From Actinomycetales bacterium (GTDB lineage Bacteria > Actinomycetota > Actinomycetes > Actinomycetales > CAWJMD01): a DNA stretch of 42,977 bases. Under the pieces are notes generated by a model. That model searched no databases, was not told where the DNA came from, and was given only the letters and a program-made list of their open reading frames with translations. The stretch lies in the NCBI GenBank assembly GCA_038213835.1, contig JBBQSN010000003.1:1-42977 (forward strand), written 5' to 3'. Shown here piece after piece: positions 34,377 to 42,977 of this stretch (the first letter of the stretch is position 1; every line of letters starts with the position of its first letter). Position numbers and translations under genes: made by a program.

Positions 34377-35375
34377 ATGCAGCGCCTGCTGACCCGGCGC
34401 CAGGTCGCGGTCCTCGGGGCCGTCCTCGTCGTCGGTGCGGCGCTGGCCCTCGCAGCCGCCCTGAGCGGGGCGTCCTGGGTCCTGGTGGTCCTGCTCCTGC
34501 TGCAGGTGGTGACGCTGGCCGCCCTGGCCGTCACCCGCAGCCAGATCGGCCAGGCCAGGCTGCAGACCTCGCGGCAGCTGATCGAGGCGGTCCGGCCCCT
34601 TGCCACGTCCGTGCAGAACCTGGGCCCGCAGCAGGAGGCCGCTCTGCGCGTCCTGCTGGCGCGGGAGGACGAGACCCGCGACCGCGACCGCCGGGTCGAC
34701 GCGCTCGAGGAGACGTTCCGCCAGGAGGTGCGGCAGAGCTTCCTCCAGGTGGCCACCGACTCCTGGGCCTACCTCAACCTCGCCCGCCTGGTCGAGGTCG
34801 GCGGCGAGTTCCCCGCGGCCGGCGGCTGGGCGGCCACCCCCCAGACCCTGCTCGCCATGGTCGGCGCGGTGCAGGCGCGCGAGGGCGAGGTCCTGGTCGT
34901 CGAGTGCGGCAGCGGAACGTCCACGATCTGGCTCGCGGCGGCGATGCGGCAGCGCGGGTCCGGGCGGGTCGTCGCGGTCGAGCACGAGGCCGAGTTCGCC
35001 GAGGCCACCCGTGAGCACCTGCGCCGCAACCACCTCGAGGACTGGGCCGAGGTGCGGTACGCCCCCCTCGCCCCCGTCACGGTCGGCGAGACCACCTACG
35101 ACTGGTACGACGTCGCCTGCTTCGAGGACCTGCACTCGATCGACGTCCTGTTCGTCGACGGCCCGCCGTGGCGCACCGGCGAGAGCGCCCGGTACCCGGC
35201 GGTCCCCGTCCTGGGCGAGCGGCTGGCCCCCGGTGCGATGGTCGTGCTGGACGACGTCGGCCGTGACCAGGAGAAGGTCATCGCCAAGCGCTGGACCACC
35301 GAGGAGCACGGCACCCGCCGGCTGACCAAGGACCGCCGCCTCGACCGGTCCCAGACCTTCTCGGTGCAGGTCTAG
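34377..35375 (+). CDS. Membrane-anchored class I SAM-dependent methyltransferase (Methyltransf_24-like)
   Basis: Two N-terminal TMs and a helical stalk, then GGWAATP, VVECGSGTST, VAVEHE, IDVLFVDGPP, RYPA and VVLDD. Confidence 0.9.
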   Translation: MQRLLTRRQVAVLGAVLVVGAALALAAALSGASWVLVVLLLLQVVTLAALAVTRSQIGQARLQTSRQLIEAVRPLATSVQNLGPQQEAALRVLLAREDETRDRDRRVDALEETFRQEVRQSFLQVATDSWAYLNLARLVEVGGEFPAAGGWAATPQTLLAMVGAVQAREGEVLVVECGSGTSTIWLAAAMRQRGSGRVVAVEHEAEFAEATREHLRRNHLEDWAEVRYAPLAPVTVGETTYDWYDVACFEDLHSIDVLFVDGPPWRTGESARYPAVPVLGERLAPGAMVVLDDVGRDQEKVIAKRWTTEEHGTRRLTKDRRLDRSQTFSVQV

Positions 35376-35380
35376 ACCCG

Positions 35381-37291
35381 GTGGCCGCTACGTTCCCGGT
35401 CCGTGCCCTCGCCGGTGCCCGCGCACTGGCCCGACGGCTGGCGCGCCGGGGCGTGCGCACGGCACGGCGAGCAGCCAGCCGCGCCGGTGTCGGCACGGCG
35501 AGCGCGGGAGGCACCGGTGCGAGCGGTACGGCGTCCGGGCCCGACCGGCTCCTGGTGCTCGGACCAGCCGCCGACCTCGCCGCGGTGCGCTCGCTGGCCG
35601 GGCTGGCCCGGCACGACCTGCGGTGGACCGTGCGCGGCCCGGGCGAGCTCACCGGGGGCCGCTCGAGCGCACAGCACCCGGCGGTCGTCGTCGGTGCCCG
35701 GTCGGTGGCCGAGCTGCGCGCGATGCTGCCGCTGGCCAACCGGTGGGGCCGCTCCGCTCACCTCGTCGTGGTCGTCCAGGCCACCGACCGTCCCGAGCAG
35801 GTCGTCCTGCCGTCCGGCTCGGCCCACCGGCTGGAGCATGGCCGGCTGGAGGTGCACGACCGCGGCGCCGGCGGCCTCGTGCTCGAGCTGCGGCTTCGGT
35901 CCGCGACCTCCGTCCACCAGCTGCTGCGGGCAGCGGTGTCCGCAGCGCGCCAGGGCGGCGGCAGCCTGCCGGCGGCCGGCCTGCGGCTCGGGGTGCAGCA
36001 GGTCGACGCCGCGCCCTGGGCCGTGGGAGACCCGTGGGCCCGGTGGGTCGACGCCGCCGCCCTCGCCGTGGCACCGGGCGACATCGCCCCCGTCGACCTG
36101 GTGCTCGGCGCCGGTGACCCGCTGCCGCAGCCGGGTCCGTCGGTCGTCGTCACCGACGGCCTGCCCCCCGTCGACACGGCCGTGTTCAGCCCGCGGGGGT
36201 TCGACCCCACGGCGGACGGCGCACCGGTCTACCTCGACCCCGCTGCGGTGCTCCGCGGCCTGGACGAGTGGGACGTCCACGGGCTGCGGCCGCACCGGCA
36301 CGTCCGGGTGCGCACGGCCGGCGCCGACGCCGTCCCGGTGGCCCGCGCGCTCGGGCAGCTCCTGGTCGCTGGCGTGCCGACGCTGACCGGACCCCTGCCC
36401 CCGTCCGTCCGGGCGCTGCTCGGGGACGACCTGGCCGACCGGGCCGAGGCGCTCGACGACGCCACGAGCGGCTCTGCGCTGGACCGCGAGACCTGGTCGG
36501 TCGGTAGCCGGCGCGCGGCCCTGCTGCGGCTCGGCGCCACCTCGCGCTGGCGCGAGACCGCCGGCGAGCACGGCATCAGCACCTCGCCCGCCCCCTCGAT
36601 GAGCGTCATCCTGGCGAGCAGGCGACCCGCCAACCTGCGGTTCGCGCTCGCCCAGCTCGAGCGCCAGACCTGGCCGCAGGTGCAGGTGGTGCTCGCGCTG
36701 CACGGGATCGACCCGGAGCAGGACGAGGTCCGCGCCGCGGTGGCCGCCTACGGCCGCGACCTCGAGGTCGTCGTGGTGGCGGCCGACGTGGTGTTCGGCG
36801 ACGTCCTGAACGCCGCGCTCGACCGGTGCTCCGGCCGGCTGGTCGCCAAGATGGACGACGACGACTGGTACGGCCCCGACCACCTCACCGACCTCGTCCT
36901 CGCGCACGGCTACTCCGGGGCGACGCTGGTCGGCCTGGCAGACCACTTCACCTACCTGGAGTCCAGCGGCCTGACGATCCGCGACCAGGTGCACCGCAGC
37001 GAGCAGCGAGCCGGACGCGTCTCCGGCGGCACCCTCGCGGTGGCCCGCGACGACCTCTTCGCGCTCGGCCGCTGGCGCCCCGTGCACCGCGCGGTCGACC
37101 GCAGCCTGATCCAGGCGGTGACCGCCGCCGGTGGCGAGGTCTACGCCACGCACGACCTCGGCTTCTGCCTCTACCGCGGCGCCGGCGACCACACCTGGTC
37201 GCAGGGCGACGAGGCGTTCCTGGCCCGCGACCCGCAGCGGTGGGACGGACTGGTACTGCCGCCGCACGTCGGCGAGCCCCTACCCAGGTAG
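35381..37291 (+). CDS. Glycosyltransferase with C-terminal GT2 (GT-A) domain
   Basis: SVILASRRP, QTWPQVQVVLALHG, LNAALD, AKMDDDDWYGPDHLTDL and VSGGTL motifs; the N-terminal ~400 aa are unassigned. Confidence 0.85.
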   Translation: MAATFPVRALAGARALARRLARRGVRTARRAASRAGVGTASAGGTGASGTASGPDRLLVLGPAADLAAVRSLAGLARHDLRWTVRGPGELTGGRSSAQHPAVVVGARSVAELRAMLPLANRWGRSAHLVVVVQATDRPEQVVLPSGSAHRLEHGRLEVHDRGAGGLVLELRLRSATSVHQLLRAAVSAARQGGGSLPAAGLRLGVQQVDAAPWAVGDPWARWVDAAALAVAPGDIAPVDLVLGAGDPLPQPGPSVVVTDGLPPVDTAVFSPRGFDPTADGAPVYLDPAAVLRGLDEWDVHGLRPHRHVRVRTAGADAVPVARALGQLLVAGVPTLTGPLPPSVRALLGDDLADRAEALDDATSGSALDRETWSVGSRRAALLRLGATSRWRETAGEHGISTSPAPSMSVILASRRPANLRFALAQLERQTWPQVQVVLALHGIDPEQDEVRAAVAAYGRDLEVVVVAADVVFGDVLNAALDRCSGRLVAKMDDDDWYGPDHLTDLVLAHGYSGATLVGLADHFTYLESSGLTIRDQVHRSEQRAGRVSGGTLAVARDDLFALGRWRPVHRAVDRSLIQAVTAAGGEVYATHDLGFCLYRGAGDHTWSQGDEAFLARDPQRWDGLVLPPHVGEPLPR

Positions 37292-37338
37292 GCCGGTCGG
37301 GCGCAGGGACCTGCTGGCGAACCTCCGTAGCACGGGTC

Positions 37339-37746
37339 TCAGTCCGATGCAGTGCCACGGAGAACGCGATGGCCGAGCCCTGGCGAGACTCGCATCAGGC
37401 GACGCAGGACGCGGGCTCGGCCGACCCACACCTCGTCACGACCTCGACGCAGCGCCCGGACCACCTCGTCCGCAACGGCAGGTGGAGATGCCTTCCTGGT
37501 CCCGCGCCCGCGGGTCATGTCCGTGTCGACCCTCGGCAGCACCACGTCGACGAACCGCACGCAGGCCCCGCTGTCCTGCATCTGGTAGCGCAGGGAGCGG
37601 GTCGCGGAGGGCAGGGCAGCCTTGGTGGCGCAGTAGACCGGCGCCGAGGCCTTCGGCGCGACGCCGAGCCCGCTGCCCACGTTGACCACGGCTGCATCGC
37701 CTCGCTCCTTCTCGGCGGCTGTCGACACGACGCGGGACTCGCTCAC
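37339..37746 (-). pseudogene. N-terminally truncated short-chain dehydrogenase (DltE-like SDR) remnant
   Basis: AAVVNVGSGLG..PKASAPVYCATKAA...SLRYQ...LPRVDTDMT is present, but the TGxxxGxG and NAG motifs are missing. Only about 135 codons. Confidence 0.75.
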
Positions 37747-40700
37747 CCGCAGGCGGGGGCCTGGTGCACGACGGCCGAGGTGTCGGGCGTGGCGTGCTGG
37801 TCGTCCGCGGAGGCCACCTCGTGGCGGTCGCCCAGCTCCGCCGCCAGCTCGACCAGCCGGTGCGCCCTCGCGTCGAAGGTGTGCTCGCGCCGCACCCGCT
37901 CGGAGAGCTCGGCCCGCGCGGCGGCCCGCTCGGGGTCGTCGGCCAGCTGGGTGGCCACCGCCTGCACCAGCTCGTCGGGCGAGTCGTAGGTCAGCACGGT
38001 GCTGCCGAACACGTCCGCCAGACCGGGTACCGGATCGCTCACGACCCGGGCCCCGCACGCGGCGAGGTCGAACAGCCGGTTGGAGATGAAGCCGGCGCGG
38101 CGCATGTCGTCCCAGTGGTCGTTGAGCACCACGCCCGCGCCCGCGTAGGTGCGGGCCAGCCGGTCGTTGGGGACGTAGCGGCCGCGCACGCTGCCGCCGG
38201 GGAGCAGCCGGTCCCAGCCGTTGCCGTAGATGACCAGGTCGAGCCCCGCCGCGAGCCCGTCGCGGACCACCGGCCGCATCACGCCGCGGGAGTTCCCGAC
38301 GAACACCACCTCCTCGGAGTGCTCGTCGCCGGGGTCCGGCGCGAACACCTCCTGGTCCGTGCACTGCAGCAGCGGCTCGACCGGGCGGCCCAGTCGGCGC
38401 GAGAGGTCCTCGGCGAAGCTGATCGAGGCCACCAGGACCCGGTCGTACGCGGCGGCCTCGCGGACGGTCAGCTTGTCGGGGTGGCTGATCGACCAGAGCA
38501 GGTTCACGTGCTGCGGGTTCGGCACGTACGGGGTCTTCCCACGCAGGACCACGACGACGTCGTCCTGGTGCGCCGTCGACCGGTACCAGGCGCCCTGGCA
38601 GTCGACGACCGCCTCGTGCCCCTGCCGCCGCAACGCGTTCCGCAACGCGACGGCGAAGTAGTAGTCGCCCCAGCCGGCGCGGTCGACGACGTCCGGGACA
38701 GCGGTCTTGATCGACCACCGGAGCACCCCGGGGGTCCTGGTCCGGACCGTGACGGGGGTGAAGGACGGCGCGTCGCCCTCGACGCCCTCGTCCTCCTCCA
38801 TCCGGAAGCCGACCACCTCGTGGCCGGCCGCAGCCCACGCCTCCCGGGTCCCCTCCGGGAGGCGGTCGCCCCACGCCTGCACGAGGTAGCGGCGGTTGTC
38901 CAGGACGGTCTGCGCGAGGACGTTGGTGGAGGACCGCGGCTGCCGGCGCACGACGACCGACCGCGGCACCACCCGGACGGTCTGCCCGGACGTGGTCGTC
39001 AGCCGCAGCGACAGGTCGGGCCCGTCCACGGCGTCGACGAGGAACGGGTCGAGGCCGCGGGCACGGACGAGCGCCTGCGCCGTGGTCGCGACGCACAGCC
39101 CCGACAGGGCCGGGACCGCGCGGCTGACGTCGAGGTCCGAGCCGTGCCACGGGCTGCCGGCGAGGACGTGGTGGGGGTGACCGGTGCGGCTGAAGCCTGT
39201 CCCCGCGCTCAGCACGGCGCCCGAGGGTCGCAGCACCAGCGGCGCGGCCGCGACCACGCCCTCGGTGCCCAGCGCCTCCAGCAGCGGTGGGAGCCAGCCC
39301 TGCTCGACCAGGACGTCGTACCCGAGCAGCACCACCGTGCTCCCGCGGGACGCCGCGACGCCGAGGTTGCTCGCCACCTCGTGGTTGAGCTGGTCGGCCA
39401 CCCGCACCACCCGCACCTGCGGGTGCCGCAGGGCCAGCAGCTGCAGCGGCAGGGCGCGGTCCGGCTGCGAGCCGGTGTCGACGACGACGACCTCGAGGTC
39501 GCCCTCCGTCCGCTCGACGAGGCGGTCGACGCAGCGCTCGATGACGGAGACGCCGCCGCGGGCGTGCACGACGACCGAGACCAGGTCGGCGTCGCGGTCC
39601 GGCAGCGCGCGCTCGGCCGCGGGCCAGTCGACCAGTCGCTTGCTCTTGATGACGTAGCGGAAGCCGAACGGCTCGCTGGTGGAGAGCCGGTCGTCGCGCT
39701 CCTCCCACAGGTCGTAGGTGGTGGCGACGAACGGCGCGAGGCCGAACTCGGTCACCCCGGCCATCCGGATCATCAGGTCCCAGTCGACCATCCGGCGCAG
39801 CTTCTCGTCGAAGCCGCCGACCTCATCGAGCAGGGACCGCTCGTGCAGCAGGACGATGCAGTCGATGAAGTTGCGCTCGCGCAGCGCGTCGGCGTCGAAA
39901 GGGGTTGCGCGATACTGCATCTGGCCGTCGCCGATCAGCTCGGACACGGCATAGCCCACCCGCAGGCCGCGGGTGGTCACGAACGCCACCATCACCTCGA
40001 GGAAGTCCGGCTTCCAGGTGTTGTCGGAGTCGAGGTACGCGACGTAGGTGCCCCGCGCCTGAGCCAGGCCGGCGTTGCGCGCGACCGAGACGCCGCCGGC
40101 GACCTCGCGCCGCACGTACTCGACCCTCGGGTCCTGCAGGACGGGTCGCAGCGTCTCGTGGGTCCCGTCGGTGCTGCCGTCGTCGACCACGACCAGCTGC
40201 ACGTTCTGGTAGGTCTGGTCCAGCACGGAGCGGACCGCCGCGAGGACGCCCTGCGCGCGGTCCTTGGTGGGGATGACGACGGTGACGAGCGGGAGCTCGC
40301 CGCCCGCCGCACGCGCCTGCTCCAGGACCTCGGCCGTGAAGCGCTCGGCGCCGGCGTGGTCGAACGTGGGCGACATCCGCATCACGTCGCGGAACCCGCG
40401 GGGTCCCAGCAGCACCCCGGCGGCCGCGCGGGCGGCGTGCTCCAGCAGCGGACCCTCGGCGTCCGGGTGCTCGACCAGGTATCGCTCGGGGTCGACGTCG
40501 GGGTGGAACCGCGGGTGGGCGGTGCGTGCGTGGTCGAGGTAGTGGCCCAGCGGGCCGGCCGGGTGCGAGGCCGCCGCCGGGTGCTGGGCGGCGTACCAGG
40601 CGGCGTCGAAGAAGGGGTGCGGCGAGGCGCCTGCCCGCCGGCCGGCGCCGAGGTAGTGCGCCAGCGGGTCCTGCCCGAGGCTCGCCGACCCCTTGTTCAC

Positions 40701-40946
40701 CGAGCGGTACCAGCTCGGGTCGAACAGCGGGTGCGGCGACAGGCCCTGCCCCGAGCCGGTGGCCAGGTAGTGGCCGAGCGGGTCGCCCTCGGCCACGGAC
40801 GGGTCGCGCAGCTGGTGGCGGTACCAGTCCGGGTCGAACAGGCCGCTCTCGACGACGGTCCGGCGCGCTCGCTGCCGCCGCACGGCCGACACACCCCTGC
40901 GGGCGGTCGCCGATCGCGACAGGACCGATCGGACCTGCTGGCGCAT
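37743..40946 (-). CDS. Multidomain glycosyltransferase: N-terminal FDPxWY/PLxHYL repeats, GT2, GT2-like domain, C-terminal CgeB/Glyco_trans_1_2-like GT-B domain
   Basis: ATG 40946. VTVVIPTKDR, VVDDGSTD, AYLDSDN, DWDL; a second GT-A fold (VSVVVH...VVVVDTGS); then WGDYYF, FVGNSR and VVLNDHWDDMRRAGFISNRLFD. Confidence 0.92.
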   Translation of the reverse strand: MRQQVRSVLSRSATARRGVSAVRRQRARRTVVESGLFDPDWYRHQLRDPSVAEGDPLGHYLATGSGQGLSPHPLFDPSWYRSVNKGSASLGQDPLAHYLGAGRRAGASPHPFFDAAWYAAQHPAAASHPAGPLGHYLDHARTAHPRFHPDVDPERYLVEHPDAEGPLLEHAARAAAGVLLGPRGFRDVMRMSPTFDHAGAERFTAEVLEQARAAGGELPLVTVVIPTKDRAQGVLAAVRSVLDQTYQNVQLVVVDDGSTDGTHETLRPVLQDPRVEYVRREVAGGVSVARNAGLAQARGTYVAYLDSDNTWKPDFLEVMVAFVTTRGLRVGYAVSELIGDGQMQYRATPFDADALRERNFIDCIVLLHERSLLDEVGGFDEKLRRMVDWDLMIRMAGVTEFGLAPFVATTYDLWEERDDRLSTSEPFGFRYVIKSKRLVDWPAAERALPDRDADLVSVVVHARGGVSVIERCVDRLVERTEGDLEVVVVDTGSQPDRALPLQLLALRHPQVRVVRVADQLNHEVASNLGVAASRGSTVVLLGYDVLVEQGWLPPLLEALGTEGVVAAAPLVLRPSGAVLSAGTGFSRTGHPHHVLAGSPWHGSDLDVSRAVPALSGLCVATTAQALVRARGLDPFLVDAVDGPDLSLRLTTTSGQTVRVVPRSVVVRRQPRSSTNVLAQTVLDNRRYLVQAWGDRLPEGTREAWAAAGHEVVGFRMEEDEGVEGDAPSFTPVTVRTRTPGVLRWSIKTAVPDVVDRAGWGDYYFAVALRNALRRQGHEAVVDCQGAWYRSTAHQDDVVVVLRGKTPYVPNPQHVNLLWSISHPDKLTVREAAAYDRVLVASISFAEDLSRRLGRPVEPLLQCTDQEVFAPDPGDEHSEEVVFVGNSRGVMRPVVRDGLAAGLDLVIYGNGWDRLLPGGSVRGRYVPNDRLARTYAGAGVVLNDHWDDMRRAGFISNRLFDLAACGARVVSDPVPGLADVFGSTVLTYDSPDELVQAVATQLADDPERAAARAELSERVRREHTFDARAHRLVELAAELGDRHEVASADDQHATPDTSAVVHQAPACG

Positions 40947-40957
40947 GCCTGCCACTC

Positions 40958-42976
40958 TCACACCTTCGCTGCTCGCTGTACCGGTGGACGTCCTGACCCA
41001 CCCTGACGGTGCCACAAGTCTGCCGCCCGCTCGACGAGCACCCGCGCGCGGGCGTCGAAGGAGTGCTCCTGGACGACCTGCTCGGCGAGCCTGCGGCGGA
41101 CGTCGTCCGGCGCGAACTCGGTGTCGGCGTGCCGCACCAGGTGCACCAGCTCCTCGGGCGTCGACCAGCAGCGGACCAGCCCGGCGAGCACCTCCTCCGC
41201 CCCCTCCACCCGGTCCGAGACCACCCGGGTGCCGGTGGCCGCGGCGTCGAACAGCCGGTTCGACGCGAACCCCGCCACGCGCATCCCCTCCCAGTGGTCG
41301 TTCAGCACCACGCCGGCCCCGGCGTAGCGACCGGGCAGCTCGGCGTTGGGCACGTGGTCCCCGCGCAGCACCCCGGGCGGCAGGAACCCCTCCCAGCGGC
41401 CCCCGTGGACGGCGACGTCGACACCGGCCTCGACGAGGTGGCGCACGACGGGCCGGTACACGCCGCGGGAGTTGCCGACGAAGAGCACGGGGTCGCCCGG
41501 GACGACCGGGACGACGTCCGGCCGGAACCGGGTGGCGTCGGTGGCCTGCAGCAGCGTCGTCGCCGGTCGCCCCGAGCGGCGTGAGGCCTCCTGGGTCCAG
41601 GAGGTGCTGGCCACGAAGACGGCGTCGGCGGCGGCCAGCTCGGCGTCGTCGACCAGCTCGGGGTGGCTGATCACCCACAGCAGGTCGAGCGCACCCGGCT
41701 GCGGCGGCACGCGGTCGCGCCCGCGCAGCACCAGGCTGACGTCGTCGAGGTAGGCCGTGTCCCGGCCGACCGCGGGGCCGTGGTCGACCACGACGTCCTG
41801 ACCGAGCCGCTCCAGCGCCTCGGCCAGCGCCCGGGCGAAGTGCAGGTCGCCCCAGCGGCGAGCCGCCTCGCCGGCGGGTGCGGCGATCTTGACCGACCAG
41901 CGCAGCCGGGGTGGCGCCTGGGCGACCCGGTCCGCAGCGGCCCGGCCGAGCACCGGGACGCCGGGGCGCAGGTCGTGCGTGGCACCCGGCCCGTCCTCGG
42001 CGCGGTATCCCACGACCGTGAGTCCGGCAGGTGCCAGCACGTCCTCGGCCCGCGGACCGACCGCGACGCGGTGACGACGCACCAGCTCGCGACCTCCCGA
42101 GCGCAGGTCGTCCGCCGATCCGGCACGGTGGCCGACCGGCTGCTCGGCCCAGGCCTGCGCCCCCGCGTCGACCACCACGTGCCCGGTCGGGTCCGAGGCG
42201 GCCAGCCGCAGACCGAGATCGACCTCGCCCCACGGGCCGACCAGCGGGTCGGGCCCACCGACCGCGCGCAGGTCCGCGGTCCGGGCCACCAGGACCCCGC
42301 CGTCGGTCGCGGCCACGCGCAGCACGGGGCCCGCGCGCCGGGCGTCCTCGATCGGCAGGCCGACGAGCAGCGGGACCGGGAGGTCGCCGGGCGGGGAGGC
42401 CGCCGTGCCGGCCGACACGATCGTGGCCTCGGGACCGGTCACCACCGGGGCCGCCGCGAGGACCGCCGGGTCGCTCAGGTGCGCGACCAGCAGGTCCATC
42501 GCCTCCGGCGCCAGGATGACCCGCGGGTCGACCAGTGCCACGACCGGCGCCGAGCAGGCGGCCAGCCCCACGGCCCAGCCCACCGATCGGCCCGCGCCCG
42601 GCGCGACCCGCACGCGGCGCACCCGGGGATCCTGCACCGCGAGCGCGGCCAGCATCCGTCCGCTCGACGGCCGGGTCGAGGTGTCCGCCACCACCACCTC
42701 GGTCGCACCGGCCACCGGCGACGGGGCGGCGAGGAGGCGGCGGACGCGGTCGCGGACGGCCACCCAGTCGTCGTCGGCGGCGACCACGACCGAGAGCGCG
42801 GGGGGCTCGGCCCCCACCGCCGCAGCCGCAGGCAGCAGCTGCGGTGCGTGCCGTGCCCGCAGCGCCTCGGTGACCAACCGGTCCGGTACGTCGTCCGGTG
42901 CGCCGTGCGGTGCGTCGTGCGGTGCGTGGAGGGGCACCGGGGAGCCGGTGGCCAGCCGGACGACGGGTCCGGTGCC
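40958..42976 (-). CDS. Paralogous multidomain glycosyltransferase (GT2-like + CgeB-like), 5'-truncated by the window edge
   Basis: Frame stays open to the right edge. LRWSVKIAAP..WGDLHFA, FVGNSRG and VLNDHWEGMRVAGFASNRLFDA motifs. Confidence 0.9.
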   Translation of the reverse strand, partial: GTGPVVRLATGSPVPLHAPHDAPHGAPDDVPDRLVTEALRARHAPQLLPAAAAVGAEPPALSVVVAADDDWVAVRDRVRRLLAAPSPVAGATEVVVADTSTRPSSGRMLAALAVQDPRVRRVRVAPGAGRSVGWAVGLAACSAPVVALVDPRVILAPEAMDLLVAHLSDPAVLAAAPVVTGPEATIVSAGTAASPPGDLPVPLLVGLPIEDARRAGPVLRVAATDGGVLVARTADLRAVGGPDPLVGPWGEVDLGLRLAASDPTGHVVVDAGAQAWAEQPVGHRAGSADDLRSGGRELVRRHRVAVGPRAEDVLAPAGLTVVGYRAEDGPGATHDLRPGVPVLGRAAADRVAQAPPRLRWSVKIAAPAGEAARRWGDLHFARALAEALERLGQDVVVDHGPAVGRDTAYLDDVSLVLRGRDRVPPQPGALDLLWVISHPELVDDAELAAADAVFVASTSWTQEASRRSGRPATTLLQATDATRFRPDVVPVVPGDPVLFVGNSRGVYRPVVRHLVEAGVDVAVHGGRWEGFLPPGVLRGDHVPNAELPGRYAGAGVVLNDHWEGMRVAGFASNRLFDAAATGTRVVSDRVEGAEEVLAGLVRCWSTPEELVHLVRHADTEFAPDDVRRRLAEQVVQEHSFDARARVLVERAADLWHRQGGSGRPPVQRAAKV
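42881..42928. repeat. Degenerate 12-bp tandem repeat x4
   Basis: gtccggtacgtc / gtccggtgcgcc / gtgcggtgcgtc / gtgcggtgcgtg; encodes the HAPH-DAPH-GAPD-DVPD linker. Confidence 0.8.
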
Positions 42977-42977
42977 G

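Noticed and set aside
37339-42233. Extended ORFs 37339-39708, 37743-42233 and 37764-41006
   Set aside because: The extensions are off-frame or antisense overlaps of the two glycosyltransferases.

Overview
Very high-GC actinobacterial chromosome segment. I found no rRNA, tRNA, CRISPR array or mobile element. The centre (about 11.3-28.3 kb) is the conserved actinobacterial CDF-SIS-Trm112-manB-DUF3499-zincin-DUF5719-large glycosyltransferase-whiB / cofD-cofE-DNA glycosylase-TIGR03089 block, plus scoAB. Here it has no type I manA or manC, and a stand-alone cupin PMI domain and a Zn-ribbon gene are inserted. The left flank (1-11.3 kb) is a Wzy-dependent exopolysaccharide cluster next to a DUF4397 protein / class F sortase pair; the sortase operon and the priming-glycosyltransferase operon each carry a matching SigK-like promoter, C(C/A)ATCC-N15-(C/A)CGAA. 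The right flank (28.4-43 kb) holds three secreted proteins sharing a five-repeat GDWDG beta-propeller-like module (amidase, SpoIID-like enzyme, stand-alone protein), followed by rfbD, a membrane-tethered methyltransferase, multidomain glycosyltransferases and a truncated SDR. All family calls come from motif recognition by eye; no searches were run. Most of the long ORFs in the supplied track are antisense or off-frame shadows.
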